Source: Eukaryota sp. GEM-RC1 (taxonomy: Eukaryota). From it: a stretch of DNA of 64,000 nt. Position numbers and translations under genes: made by a program. Numbering within the stretch: position 1 is the first letter of the stretch; each line of letters opens with the position of its first letter. Below, one piece after another: positions 51,976 to 64,000 of this stretch. The notes below the pieces were generated by a model. That model was given only the letters and a program-made list of their open reading frames with translations. It searched no databases and was not told the DNA's origin. The DNA is taken from assembly GCA_040285855.1 (NCBI GenBank), contig JAUFOQ010000004.1, positions 1,178,001-1,242,000 on the forward strand, given 5' to 3'.

Positions 51976-52058
51976 GTATTATTTGTTTGATTTTACAATT
52001 TCATAGTTTTGTAGGAAGGTTACCTTATTGGGTACTGAATAAAGCTTTAACTTTTTTT
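51976..52058 (+). mobile_element. Isolated 3' UTR/tail of the non-LTR retroelement
   Basis: ~65 bp nearly identical to 11323-11390, followed by a T run. Confidence 0.75.
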
Positions 52059-52269
52059 AATGTATGTTTTTCAAACTGATGAGGTAAATAATGTACACGT
52101 ATTGGAAGAAAATCATTTTATTAAATATTTGAAAAAAAAAATAACTCAAAAATATTATATTTTTTACATTATTGTATAATTTTTTTAAATAAAATTATTT
52201 ATTCTAAAAGTAATAGACAACAACACTACAGTGTACATACAATAGTGTACATCTAATAATCAATATCCA

Positions 52270-53011
52270 TTAAATATTAAATGACCAAGAGTTATCATCA
52301 AGAAGAAGACCGTAAACTTGAGGGATTTGAGTGACCAGACATGAAGCAGAGCTATTAGAAACATCCATTAAGAAATTTGCAAAAGCGGGATTTTTTTCCT
52401 TGGCCATGTCAAGTCGAACATTATAATCCAAGCTTTCAAAAATATTTGTGAGTTTCTGGTGTAATTTTTTCAGACAGAACTGAAGATTAGTCAAAGATCT
52501 TTCAGGTATTTCAGACACAGATTCTGGGAAACACTGAGACCAAACGTCAAAAGGTAATTTGATTAACGCTTCGTTTAAGTCAAATAAATATTTACATGAA
52601 TTGGGGTTAATAAGGGAAATATCATAGGAAATCGATTAACAAATTCAAAGATGAAATTTTTCCACCGCCTAAAAAAGCAGATTTGCAAAGAATTGATGAT
52701 TTGGTAAAACCAATACCACCAATATGAGCAGAAGTAAACAAATGACTTCTAAGTAACTTTGAATTAACTTCTAACAATGAAGCAAAAAAATTAATCCTCA
52801 ACTCGTTAAAAGATCTACAAAAGTTCAGAGCGATTGAAGGAGCAGTAGATCTCAAAAGATGTGTGATTTTTCCGGAGTAGCAAATTTTTAAAATAAAAAA
52901 CTTGATATGTTTTTCAATATCATATGAAGAAATTGTGTTGAGTTCTGAACCAATTTTGTCCAAACAATTAGATAATTCTTGAGAACTTTTATTGTATAAT
53001 TGCCAATACAC
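52270..53011 (-). mobile_element. Non-LTR retrotransposon fragment (post-RT region, CRE-like), degraded
   Basis: KI.HLLRS..P, GGIGF...AFLG, and ASCLV..IP....L.LDD..W peptides with frameshifts and stops. Confidence 0.65.
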
Positions 53012-53339
53012 TTTGAGTTGTTCACTTCTCTGTTTTGCTTCACCATTTTGACTTCCAAAACCAGTTTTGTTGTCTTATGTGTTTATATATAGTGAGAGTT
53101 GTTTATCGGTAATGATTCCTAGTTGCGGCATTGTCATAATGTCTGTCATTGGAGCTCAGTCTGAGTGTTTACTGAAGAACAAAGTAAATTCTTTCCCTCA
53201 CACGTCTTTGATTCTACAGTGTCATGATTTCTTCAAGTGAATGAAGATGTCGACAATGGTATTGAGATTCTTTCGGATACTTCTGATGATGATGGTCAAT
53301 AGAATATGTGGGTTTTCTGTGATATATACATAATATGAT

Positions 53340-53482
53340 TCATATCGTTGCGATACTGAAATATTGCAATAATGGATGAAGAATTGCAAAATTTATTGGC
53401 TCTATTTTAGAATTGCAATATTTATTTGTGGCAAAAACAAGTCTACATGTATATTTATTGCAAAATTGTTTTCACACCCCTG
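53340..53482. mobile_element. Solo hAT-like end
   Basis: ATTGCAA repeats ending TTTTCACACCCCTG, the same terminus as at 39603. Confidence 0.5.
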
Positions 53483-54336
53483 ATACAAACTAACTAACAT
53501 TCACTTGAATTTGAACTTCAATTTTCTAGCAGATCCTCTATTGATGAGTGACCGAACCTTTTCTGTGAAAACACGTTGAACTCTCTTTTGTCCAATCTTT
53601 TTACACTGTCACATTACTAAGAGGCTCAGAGATTGTAGTCTAATAACTAACATCTGAAACAATTCCTAAATAGTCACCATGTTAATTCAGCAAGTGTTAA
53701 CATGAATGAAGGACAGTAAAATTCTATATCTAAATCTCTCTTCTCTCTGAACATACACTAAGTTTATGTTCCGTCCTATTCTACGATGCTGTGCGAGATC
53801 GGTATCAACAATAATCAATTTTTAGAAAGCCAGAAGAGTCTTCCCACAATGACCTCCCCCCTTATTGTAGTTACCTCTAACAGTGCGGAGAGACCATTTA
53901 ATGAGTGGTTATTCGATGATGATAACACTTTCGAACAGTAAGTTGAACCTATTCTGAAGAAAGACGAATATTTGGGCGAGATGAGATCAACAAAGCATTT
54001 ACAAAGCATTCTAATAAAAGAATTGTCAGGTAAGCAAGAAACAATGTAAAATTTAAACATGATAAGGATGAATGGGAAACGTAAACCGAATCATATACAA
54101 CGCTTAGTACATATACTAAAACTTCACAATAATTTAACTATATATTCTGATTGTCTGGAAAACAAATATGTATTGTTGTCACACATATTAAGAAAATATG
54201 TTTTCCAATACCTGGAATAAATGGAGAAAGAAACCACACCACAAGAAACTACATGGAAATTGAGAGTAGTAAAAAGTTATGTATTAACTTCGTTAATATT
54301 ACCCTGGTGATATCAAGAATTATGGTTATCTGCAAG

Positions 54337-55167
54337 CAGGGACTGTCAAAAATATATTGCACTTTTGCAATAATTGCAATATTGTGTATTGTGTATTGCA
54401 ATACTGTATTGCATCCTCAATTTGTATCGCAATATATTGCAATAATTTTGGTTTTGAGCAATATTTTTAGACCACTGTTTCTCTGTTATTTGAAAGTTCT
54501 TTAGCAACATAATACACCGGTGTTCGGTTTGTGTACAATTGGAAGTTCATACTACAAGTAGTTTCTGTCTAGTTCTGACTAACAAATGTAAACCGAATAT
54601 CATTCTTCACATCATCTTACAAGACAGTTCCTTCTAGCCCCATTCGAAAACAGAAAGCAAAAGCCGACTATTATCTCCTGGAACTCGATTCAATCAATGT
54701 AATTCTGTGATTGTAAATGACGTGAATAGTGATGATGATGAAGTTGAAGAAATTGCTGAACGGCCTGGACCTGTTTCCTATGTTTAAGATGTCTTAAGTC
54801 CAATACAAAATTTTAATTAAATTTCTTCCAAATGTTGTAAAACGTTTTTTCATTAGAGCTCGATTGGCGCCAGAGTTGTCAAAACACTGCTCATCTAATC
54901 GAAGACTTGTCAATCAACTATTTCTCTCTGTAACTAGAGAGTTTTGGGACATTAGTTTGGTTCACAAGACGGTTAATCAGAAACTACTCAACTTAAATAT
55001 CGCTTAATGATGTTCTTATGGTCTATCGGTGTAATATAGACAATTAATAATCTCATGAACAATATTTATATTGCTACCAATTATTGCAATATATTGCAGT
55101 ATTGCAGTACTGTATTGCAAATCTTTGTGACCTGCAATATATTGCAATATATTTTTGACAGTCCCTG
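54337..55167. mobile_element. hAT-type non-autonomous element, 831 bp
   Basis: Perfect 25-bp TIR CAGGGACTGTCAAAAATATATTGCA; TSD TCTGCAAG/TTTGCAAG; ATTGCAAT subterminal arrays. Confidence 0.92.
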
Positions 55168-55696
55168 TTTGCAAGACAAAGGAGCTCTGACAAAACCATT
55201 GTATATCAATGCTATACCAACCTCTCAGAAGACTGTTCCATAATCTCAGAATTGATTAAGTGATATGATTTTGATTTTTCCGCATAAATTTAGAAAGATA
55301 ATTGAACTTAATATCACAATGTCGGAAAACTGCAGCTATACCTCTACCACAAGCACTGTTGAAAAGAGCATACAGTAGCCCTTGTAAGGAATATGTAATC
55401 TAAAATGTGACAGCATATAACAGTATTAGCTTCATGGTTCTTTCAATTAGGTAGTATTGTAAGTTGTATTGCTACTTGTTGTTTATTTCCTACAGTACGT
55501 CAACAACACAATTCACCATTTGAACGGTCAAAGACATTGATGGTTGAAACACATAATAAGCAATACAAACAATTAATGTAGTTTATGGTTTCTGTTGTTG
55601 TTATTCTCACGGTATTTATATCAGTGACGACTTGAGCTTTGGTTCTCATATTCGTGAATCTGACAGACGACTCGACAATGTTGTCCTGTTTGAAAA

Positions 55697-56227
55697 ACGT
55701 TTCCAGTTGAATTATTTTCTCAATATTGTTCTTGTATAACCACTATACCTCCTTGTTGGTGTTCAATCAATATTTGTATTCGTTTTGTGTGTTTGTTCAA
55801 TTCTGGCAGACTTTGTGAAATAGATTGACAATGTCCCATTGATTTTGTACTTAAATCTCAGAATTTTGTTTTTGATAAGCAAGTTTTTATGGAGATAAGA
55901 ATATCGTTCAGTGACCGACTTGAGAAAATCTCCCTAATGTCTTCCATCTTGCACATCCTCTTCACTAAGTTAATTACATGTATCTGTATCTCAAGAACGT
56001 TATAAGGAATGATGTAGAGTATATGGGTCAAAGTATCCAGCTTTTTGTAACACGTTGCCAGTTGAAATTTTGTTCTCAATATTGTTCTTGTATAACCCCT
56101 CCTTGTTGTTGTTCAATCAATATTTGTATTCGTTTAGTGTGTTTGTTCATTTGTGATGTTCAATTGTGGCAGATTTTGTGAAATAGATTGACAATACCCC
56201 ATTGATTCTGTACTTAAATCTAAGAAT
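55697..56227. repeat. Diverged direct duplication of ~170 bp (55697-55864 and 56052-56227)
   Basis: Shared blocks TTCTCAATATTGTTCTTGTATAACC, TGTTCAATCAATATTTGTATTCGTTT, and TTTGTGAAATAGATTGACAAT...TGTACTTAAATCT. Confidence 0.85.
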
Positions 56228-56511
56228 ATCGGATTTGACTTTCATGGTATGGTTAAAGCTGTGATTTAATCCATTCCTGTTCACCAATAAAACACCATCA
56301 TTGTCAAATAGATTTACTTGTTGTTAATCATGCTCAATCTTCTACAAAGAGAAACACTATCACTAAAAGGTATTTAACAAATAAAATCAACACTTAATCC
56401 TAAAATTGGATACCCGCTCAATTACACGCCCAATCTCAATACAGTTGTCCTCTAAAGTTTGTCCATCAAAAGTTTTGATGAGTCTCAGTTTCCAACTACA
56501 CTCAAATCACC

Positions 56512-59500
56512 ATGCTTCTTGGTGTTCTCTTCTTCTGTTGGTGTACTTTTGCTTCCAGTACATCAATGGAATGCCACTTTAGATGGTCTTTGGTCAGATA
56601 GTAACAATTGGGACCCCGCTTTGATTCCATCTCTGTCTTCTGTTATTCTCTCCTCTCAAATAATACCAATATCAGTGACTCTTGACTCGGATGTTACCAT
56701 ATCATCTCTCACTCTTTCTTCCAATGTTGAGCTTCTATTCACAGATAACTCTACACTAACTGTTTCTGACAGTCTCATCATCAAAGGAGGTTGCTTCAGT
56801 ACTGATCCTACTTCCCCTCTCTCATTTTCTTCTGTAAAATCTCTTGTTTTGGATTCTATAGAGCTTATTACTCTCTCTTCTCACAAACTCATAGTCGCTG
56901 ATCTCTTTGACTGGAAACGTGGTTCAATTGATCTAGTTAACTTCAGTGAACTTGTTTTAGAGAATGTTACTTACACTTCTTTCAATGACGGTGAATCTCC
57001 CTTGAGCTCTGATGTGCTTCATGTTTGGGGAGAGAATAGTGATAATCAGCTTGGAGGAGGACTTTCTGGAGATCAGGAATTCCCAGAGTCATTCTTTCTT
57101 TTTTATTCTATCAAGCAAACTTCTATTGGTAACCACCATTCCATAGTTTTGTTTACAAATGGTGACGTTTACAGTGTTGGGAATAACTCTGATGGTCAAT
57201 TAGGATATGTTGGTGATGATCGGAACGTTCATGACAAAATTGAGCTTTCCAACGTGATTCAGGTGGTTGCTTCCTTGAATTCCAGTTATGCCCTCAATGT
57301 TTCTGGTCACGTTTACTCTTGGGGAGGTAATCGTCATGGTCAGCTAGGTTTAGGAGATATAGTCAACAGAATGATCCCTACTTTAATTCAAAATTTAAAT
57401 AATATTAAACAAATTGCTGGTCGTCATTCTACAACCTTTGCTTTAACTAATGATGGTAAAGTTTTTGGATGGGGAAGTGGTGATGGTAATATTTTATGTA
57501 GTGAAAGTTCTGATAGCGTTCATTCACCAATACCAATCGAACCCTTGGATAATATTAAATTCATTGCTGCTGGAAGTGCTGCATTTTTCATCAAGGAGGA
57601 TGGTTCTACTCTTACTTGTGGAAGAAAATTAGGTGGTACTGGAACTTACCCAACTCCAACTCAATTTGCCAATGATTTTAAGTTTACTTTTATTGACACT
57701 TTAGATTGTCATGCTGTTGCAATTGATTTTAACCAAACTCTCTTGAGTTGGGGTTGGGGTAGTAGTGGTAGACTAGGTACTGGTACTACATCTGCATCTT
57801 CTGTTCCAGTTGAAGTAAAACACATAGGAAACGTGATTACTGCAGCGGCAGGTTGGGATCACTCTGTTGCTGTTGACGTCAACAATGACGTGTGGTCTTG
57901 GGGTGCTCATGGGAGTGGTGCTCTAGGTAGAAGTACTATCTTTAATTGGGAAAGATACGATCCTCATATTATTACTCATTTGGAAGGCAAAGGAGTTGCT
58001 GGTATTAGTGCATATTATCGGTCTAATGTTGCTTTTAGTTCTCACCCCAGTGGTGTCTCGGGACAAGGAAAACTGTCTCTGATCAATTCAGAAGTAGAGT
58101 TATCTTCATTAATGTTGGACCTCAACACAATTTCTTTAAGTTACTCAACTCTTCATTTAAGTGACGTGTCTTTGAACAATTTAAGCAATCTTGAACTTTC
58201 CGATAATTCGTTAGCTAATTTAACACAAGACTCAAAAATTGTTTCTGATGATCTTAAAATTGTTTTAAATTCAAGTGGGCTCCACTGTGACAGTTCAAAT
58301 GTTATTACCACGTCAACAGTCAGTTTAATTGCTGTCAATAGTCATTTTCTGAATGACTTTGACTTCACCAATTTCCATCTTTTAGATTTATCCTTTTCAA
58401 CTTTTGAGTCATTAGATTCTGAAGTAATTGTTGGTTCTCTCTTGTGCTCTCATTGTCAAGTACTAGGAAATTCGTTGTTGTCAATAGATTCATATTTAGA
58501 AGTAAATTCTGGAAATTTCTCATCGTCGTTAATTGTTCTTGAATCTGCTCAGAATTCTTTGGTCACTGGAAATGTACAGTTTGACAACCTAGTAGATTTG
58601 CTTAGTCACGTGATTCTTGATGACGTGGCCGTCTCGGCATCCTCTTTAACTTTATCTTCCAATGCAGTTCTCTTCTTTTAAAAGAACTCAACTCTCATTG
58701 TAACTGATACTCTTCTTCTCAATGGAGGTACTTTTCAAACTGATATCTCTTCTTCAACTTCCTTTACATCAGTAAACTCTCTTGTTTTGGATGCTGATCT
58801 AGTATCTATCTTGTCTCACAAACTAATTGTTACTAGCCTGTTTGATTGGAAACGTGCTTCAATTAATCTAGATGGGTTAAGTGAACTTGTTTTAGATAAT
58901 GTCACTTTAATCCTGTTCAGTGACTCTGAATCCTCAATCAAATCTGATGTTCTTCATGTATGGGGAAATAATAATTATGGTCAGCTTGGAGGAGAACTAT
59001 CAGGAAATCAATTGGTGCCTGAGTCATTCAATCTTTCTTATCCTATTAAACAAGCTTCTGATGGAAGATTTCATTCTCTAGTTCTGTTAACCAGTGGTGA
59101 CGTGTACACTTCTGGATGTAACGAGTAGGGACAACTAGGATATGATGGTGGTAATCGAGATGTTCATGAGGAAATTCAAATATCAAATATTATTCAGGTT
59201 ATTGGTTCTGGCTGGTCAAGTTATGCACTGAATTCATCAGGTTCTGTTTACTCTTGGGGACGTAACAATCATGGCCAGTTAGGACTAGGAGATTATTCTA
59301 TTAGAGACACCCCTACTTTAATCCCAAATTTAAATGATATTAAACAAATTGCTGGTCGGCATTCTACAACATTTGCTTTAACTAGAGATGGTAAAGTTTA
59401 TGGATGGGGATATGGTTGGGATAATACATTATGTAGGTCAACTACTGATAACGAAAATTCACCAATGCCAATCGAACCATTGAAAAATATTAAGTTTAAT

Positions 59501-62500
59501 GCTGTTGGAAGTGCTGCTTTTTTCATTAAAGATGATGATTCTACTCTTACGTGTGGTAGTAAATTAGGTGGTTCTGGAACTTATTTGACTCCAACTCCAT
59601 TTGCTAAGAATATTGAGTTTACCTTTATTGACACCATTACTGATCACGCTCTGGGAATTGATGTTAACCAGAAGCTGTGGAGTTGGGGTAGTGGTTTCTA
59701 TGGTATGCTAGGTACTGGTGATAGATCCTCATCTGCTACTCCAGTTGAAGTAAAAAACATTGGAAAAGTGATTACTGCAGCTGCAGGGTGGTATCACTCC
59801 ACTGCTGTTGACGTCAACAATGACGTGTGGTCTTGGGGTACTCATGGAAGTGGTGCTCTAGGTAGAAGTACAAACTCGGATGATGAACGATGGAATCCGC
59901 ATCGTATTAGTCATTTGGAGGGCAAAAGAGTTACTGGAATTAGTGTACATTATCGGTCTAATTTAGCGTATGCCCATGATATATTGGGACAAGGAAAACT
60001 GTCACTTGTCAATTCAGAAGTAAAATTATCATCTTTTATATTTGACATCAGCACAGTTTCGCTAAGTTCTTCAATTCTTCATCTAAGTGACGTGTCTATG
60101 AACAATTTAAAAAATCTTGAAATTTCTGGTAATTCATTAGCAAATTTAACTCAAGACTCAAAAATTGTTTCTGATGATCTTACCATAACTTTAAATTCAA
60201 GTGAGCTCTTCTGTGTCGGTTCAAATGTTATTACCACGTTAACACTCAGTTTAATCGCTATCAACAGTCATTTTCTGAATGATTTTAACTTCACCAGTTT
60301 CCATCTTTTAGATTTATACTATTCCACTTTTGAGTCATCGACTGAAGTAATTGTTGGTTCTCTCTTGTGTTCTCATTGTTTTATCAGAAGCGGTTACTTA
60401 GATGCTTTGGTAATCCATTGGTTTGATGGCGTCTTGTCTCTAAGTGATGCCAAAGTAAACGTCATCAATCTTTATGGTGACGATAAGGTTTTACTAGTAG
60501 AAACATTGACAATTACAGAGGAGGTGTTTTTAATAATTCTCTTACATTACATTCAAATAATTCTCAATTAATTTTTGATTCAGTAATTGTCAAGTGTACT
60601 CCGTTGTCTTCTCTTTTCTTTTCTTGTTCTACTGACTGTACTTCTGCTGAATTGAAATTTTACAATATTTTTGTATTGTCTGAATATTGTTCGTTTCGGT
60701 CTAATTTTGATATGGTAAACTATGCTCTCTTTACTCTGAGTTCTGATTCTTTCTTTCAAACAGAATTCTCTTTTATTTCCCTTAATATTATGCAAATCCA
60801 AGAGCGATCAGAATTCTCTGTTGTTTCTTCTAATTTTACTATTGACAGTGCTTTTGATTCTTCTGATCCTGACTTGTTTCTTTATTACAACTGGGTTTAT
60901 TCACCTAGTCCAATTGACTTCTCAGGAAAACATGATCCTACTGCAATCATAATTGATGGACCAGAATGGAAAACTGATGAAAATGGTGGTTATTTAGTTA
61001 TCAAACCTGGTGATACCTTACATGTTCCAAATATCCCTGAAGTACACGGTTGGAGAGATGCTTCAATATCTTTGTGGATGTACTTGGAAGAAGGAGGTGG
61101 TGCAGGTTTTGGCTTCGGTCAGCCTCCTTGCACTCTTCACTTCTCAGACAACAGACTACACTGGGGTTCTTCTATTACTCATGATGTTCTTCCTTTTCGT
61201 GAGTGGTTTCACGTTGTATTTACATTTGACCACGAGTCATCTCGAGTGTACATCAATAGAACTTTAATGACGGATCCTGTTGTTCCTCAATCTCCCTATC
61301 AATGTTCTAAGGGCCCTCCTCCTCTTTTCCCTCTTTCTGAAATACAACCAGAAGGTAATGATTTTCAAGGTAAAATCCGTGCTGTTCAGTTCTATACCAG
61401 GACTTTAACAGAAGATGAGATTACACTTTTATCTCTTGATCTTCCTCAGGGAATATATGGAAATGGAAAACTGACTTTTGTGGATTCTGCAGCATCCTTT
61501 GAAGCAGCTTCATTTTACATTGGATCACTCTCTTTAACTTCCTCAAGCCTTCAATCAGAAGGTGTAGTCTTTAGGAATTTGACAGAACTTGAGCTCTATA
61601 GAAATTCCGTGATGGTTTTAAGTGAAAGCACTAGAATTCTGTCTGATTCCACCACTATTACTCTTCATTCAAGTGAGCTCTACTGTGACGACACAGTTGA
61701 TATCTCGTCACCGATACTCAATTTTGTTGCAATCAATAGTCACTTTTTGAACCATCTTTCCAACTTTAATAGCTTAAATTTGTCTTACTCAACTTTTGAG
61801 TCAACAGTGGGTACTGAAGTATTTGTTGGATTCTTCTCTTGTTTTTACTGTCAAATACTAGGAAATTGGTACATGGCAATTACGTCTAAAGTTCAAATCT
61901 CATCTGGGAACTTCTCGTCTTCTTTAATCGTTCAAGAATCAGCAGATACTACCATGATCACTGGACTAGTTAAATTGGCTAATTCTATTGATGTCTACAG
62001 TCACGTGATTCTTGATGACGTGTTAGTTTCTGAGTTCCAATTTTCACCCAATGGTTCCATAACTTGTCATTCTGATGTTTCGATGAGAAATGCTGTCGGG
62101 CTTTCTGATGTTTCTTTCACTTTCAACAATACATTGGCTCTCCTTGATTCAACTGTTAGGATTGCCCCTCTGTTTGTTCTCTTTGATTTTCAAACTATGT
62201 CCGGGTTTGGTACTATTGATACTAATATTTTAAATTTTGGAAAAATTCGTCCTTCATCTACCTTCACTTTTAACGACAACCTTTCTCTTGCTCCTTCTTC
62301 AATCATCTCTCTTCAAATCAGTAACGACAGTTCTTCTACTCATTTAATTGTTGGTTCAACTGCTTATTTAGATGGAATACTAGAAATTGAATTTGACACA
62401 AAGTCTGACTCAACCAGCTATAAATATACTCTGATAGAGTCTGATCAAATTAATGGAAGATTTAGAAGCATAATTAATCCTTGTGCTTCACTTATAACCA

Positions 62501-64000
62501 CCTTTTATTCAAAGTCTTCTCTAATTGTCTCTGTAAATGATTTTGTAGTCGACTTACAACAAGGTTCTTACGTTTCACCTAGTGGTGTTGATGACTCTTG
62601 TTGTGGTACTTTTGACAGTCCTTGTGCGTCTTTTAAAGGAGTTTTAGAAAGAATGGGAAGAAAAGGGAAGGTTTATTTCCATAGTGGTTACTATTTCTTC
62701 AATCAAGGTTTCGGCAAATTAATTGATGTTGATTGGGAAGTTATTGGTCTCGGTGACGTGATCATTGATGGAAGTGATGATACTTTACTTGATAATGTTT
62801 CGTCTTCTTTGACATTCCATAATTTAATTATCTACGGTAAAAATGTTGTTCTTGAGGTTTCTAATTCATCAATCAATTTTGATTTCGTGAGTGTTCTTTC
62901 CATCTCTAATGATAGCCTGTTTTTGATTGAAAATTCCTCTTTTACTACAACAAACTCTCTGTTTGACATTGAATCTTTTCGTCTATTTGAATGTCTCAAA
63001 TCTTCAATTTTCGTTGACAATTCTTTTTTTTCCGGATCATTGTCTGACTCGTTAATCTCGTTGTCATCATCATCAATGATTGTTGACAATACAATTTTAA
63101 ACAACTTGAATGTTAGTAATTTGATTGTTTCTTCCACATCATCTATTAAAGTTAATCATTCCTCCATATCGCACGTAACTGCTAACACGGTATTTCTATT
63201 AGATCAGTCTGATATTGTCGTGAATATTTTAAGTATTGCATTTTTTTTTATAGTAGCTCCTCAACTTTTTCTCTAAACACTGTCGAAGTTGACCAATCAA
63301 TTTCTACTGTGTGGTTCAGTTTAGTCAATTGTAAATTTCACTTACAGAATTTGAATTTCTCAAATACTCACGGTGATGCTTTCAGTGTCGAAAATTCGAC
63401 AGCCTCCTCTTTATCTATGGTTTTGGTTGTTAATTCCAATCTATCCCACTTTCTCAACGTCTTAAATTCAGGATTGTCCATCAACTATTAATAATTATAC
63501 TCATGATGAAATTTCTGTGTATATTCCGTACCTTTGTGATATCACTTCTGTTACTTCTGATATTTATTTAGTTGTTGGGAACCAAATTAGTAACTCCTTT
63601 CAATTAAATTTTGCTCCTCCACAAGTTAGTTATCAGCCAGTACCGCTGTCTCCTTCTGGGGAATTAATAGTATTAACAGGACCTTATTTCTCAAAAATGT
63701 ATCATTGTTTTCAAAATTCATCTCTTGAATTGTCTGTTCATACTGCTTCATACGAAATTATTGATGAAGATGAATTGCAAATTTCAACAGGTGACTTGTA
63801 TGGAATTACTGAATTTGCAATTTCAGTAGAATTTTTCCTTCAATTCATTCGCCTAATTTCAATACCTGTCACTTCATTTGTTGCTAACAATACTGACTAT
63901 GTTTGTTTTGTCGGCGTTCCGTGTTCAATTACAATTTATAGTTTTCTGGACGACTTTTCATTTGTTAATACTTTTATTGGGCTAAATTCTCCGAACTCTC
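56512..64000 (+). CDS. Giant secreted/surface protein: two RCC1 modules, LamG-like domain, beta-helix stalk; disrupted (possible pseudogene) and truncated by the window edge
   Basis: Signal peptide MLLGVLFFCWCTFAS; RCC1 repeats (VYSWG.N..GQLGLG); LamG-like EWFHVVFT..FQGKIRAVQFYTRTLT; YVSPSG.D...CGT..SPCASF. In-frame stops at 58679 and 59126 and several frameshifts. Confidence 0.8.

Noticed and set aside
58679..59128. TAA/TAG reassignment to a sense codon (non-standard genetic code)
   Set aside because: Well-conserved genes here (adhE, MND1, HIT, guaD, cathepsin D, MRD1) end properly at TAG and have no internal TAR codons. Only one disrupted gene shows in-frame stops.

Overview
AT-rich, gene-dense genomic DNA from a microbial eukaryote, probably an anaerobic protist. 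Evidence: PRP31, MRD1, MND1, a SCY1-like kinase and cathepsin D occur alongside bacterial-type AdhE, GuaD and a Mesh1-like HD hydrolase. The intron style suggests a metamonad, but that is inference. About 21 protein genes can be reconstructed. Many are split in the ORF track for two reasons: (i) tiny 27-34 nt spliceosomal introns with the branch point fused at a fixed distance to the 3' splice site (YTVAYnnnAG), and (ii) single-base indels, mostly in homopolymers, which look like long-read assembly errors. Highlights: a GT-AT intron splitting the catalytic Asp codon of cathepsin D; an ALDH-only AdhE paralogue next to full AdhE, with signs of gene conversion; at least five distinct hAT-type MITE families with 8-bp TSDs; enriched Tc1/mariner-type excision footprints; T-tailed RLE non-LTR retroelement fragments; reciprocal gene loss after a tandem duplication; a compact C/D snoRNA; and a giant modular surface protein with swappable RCC1/LamG heads running off the right edge.
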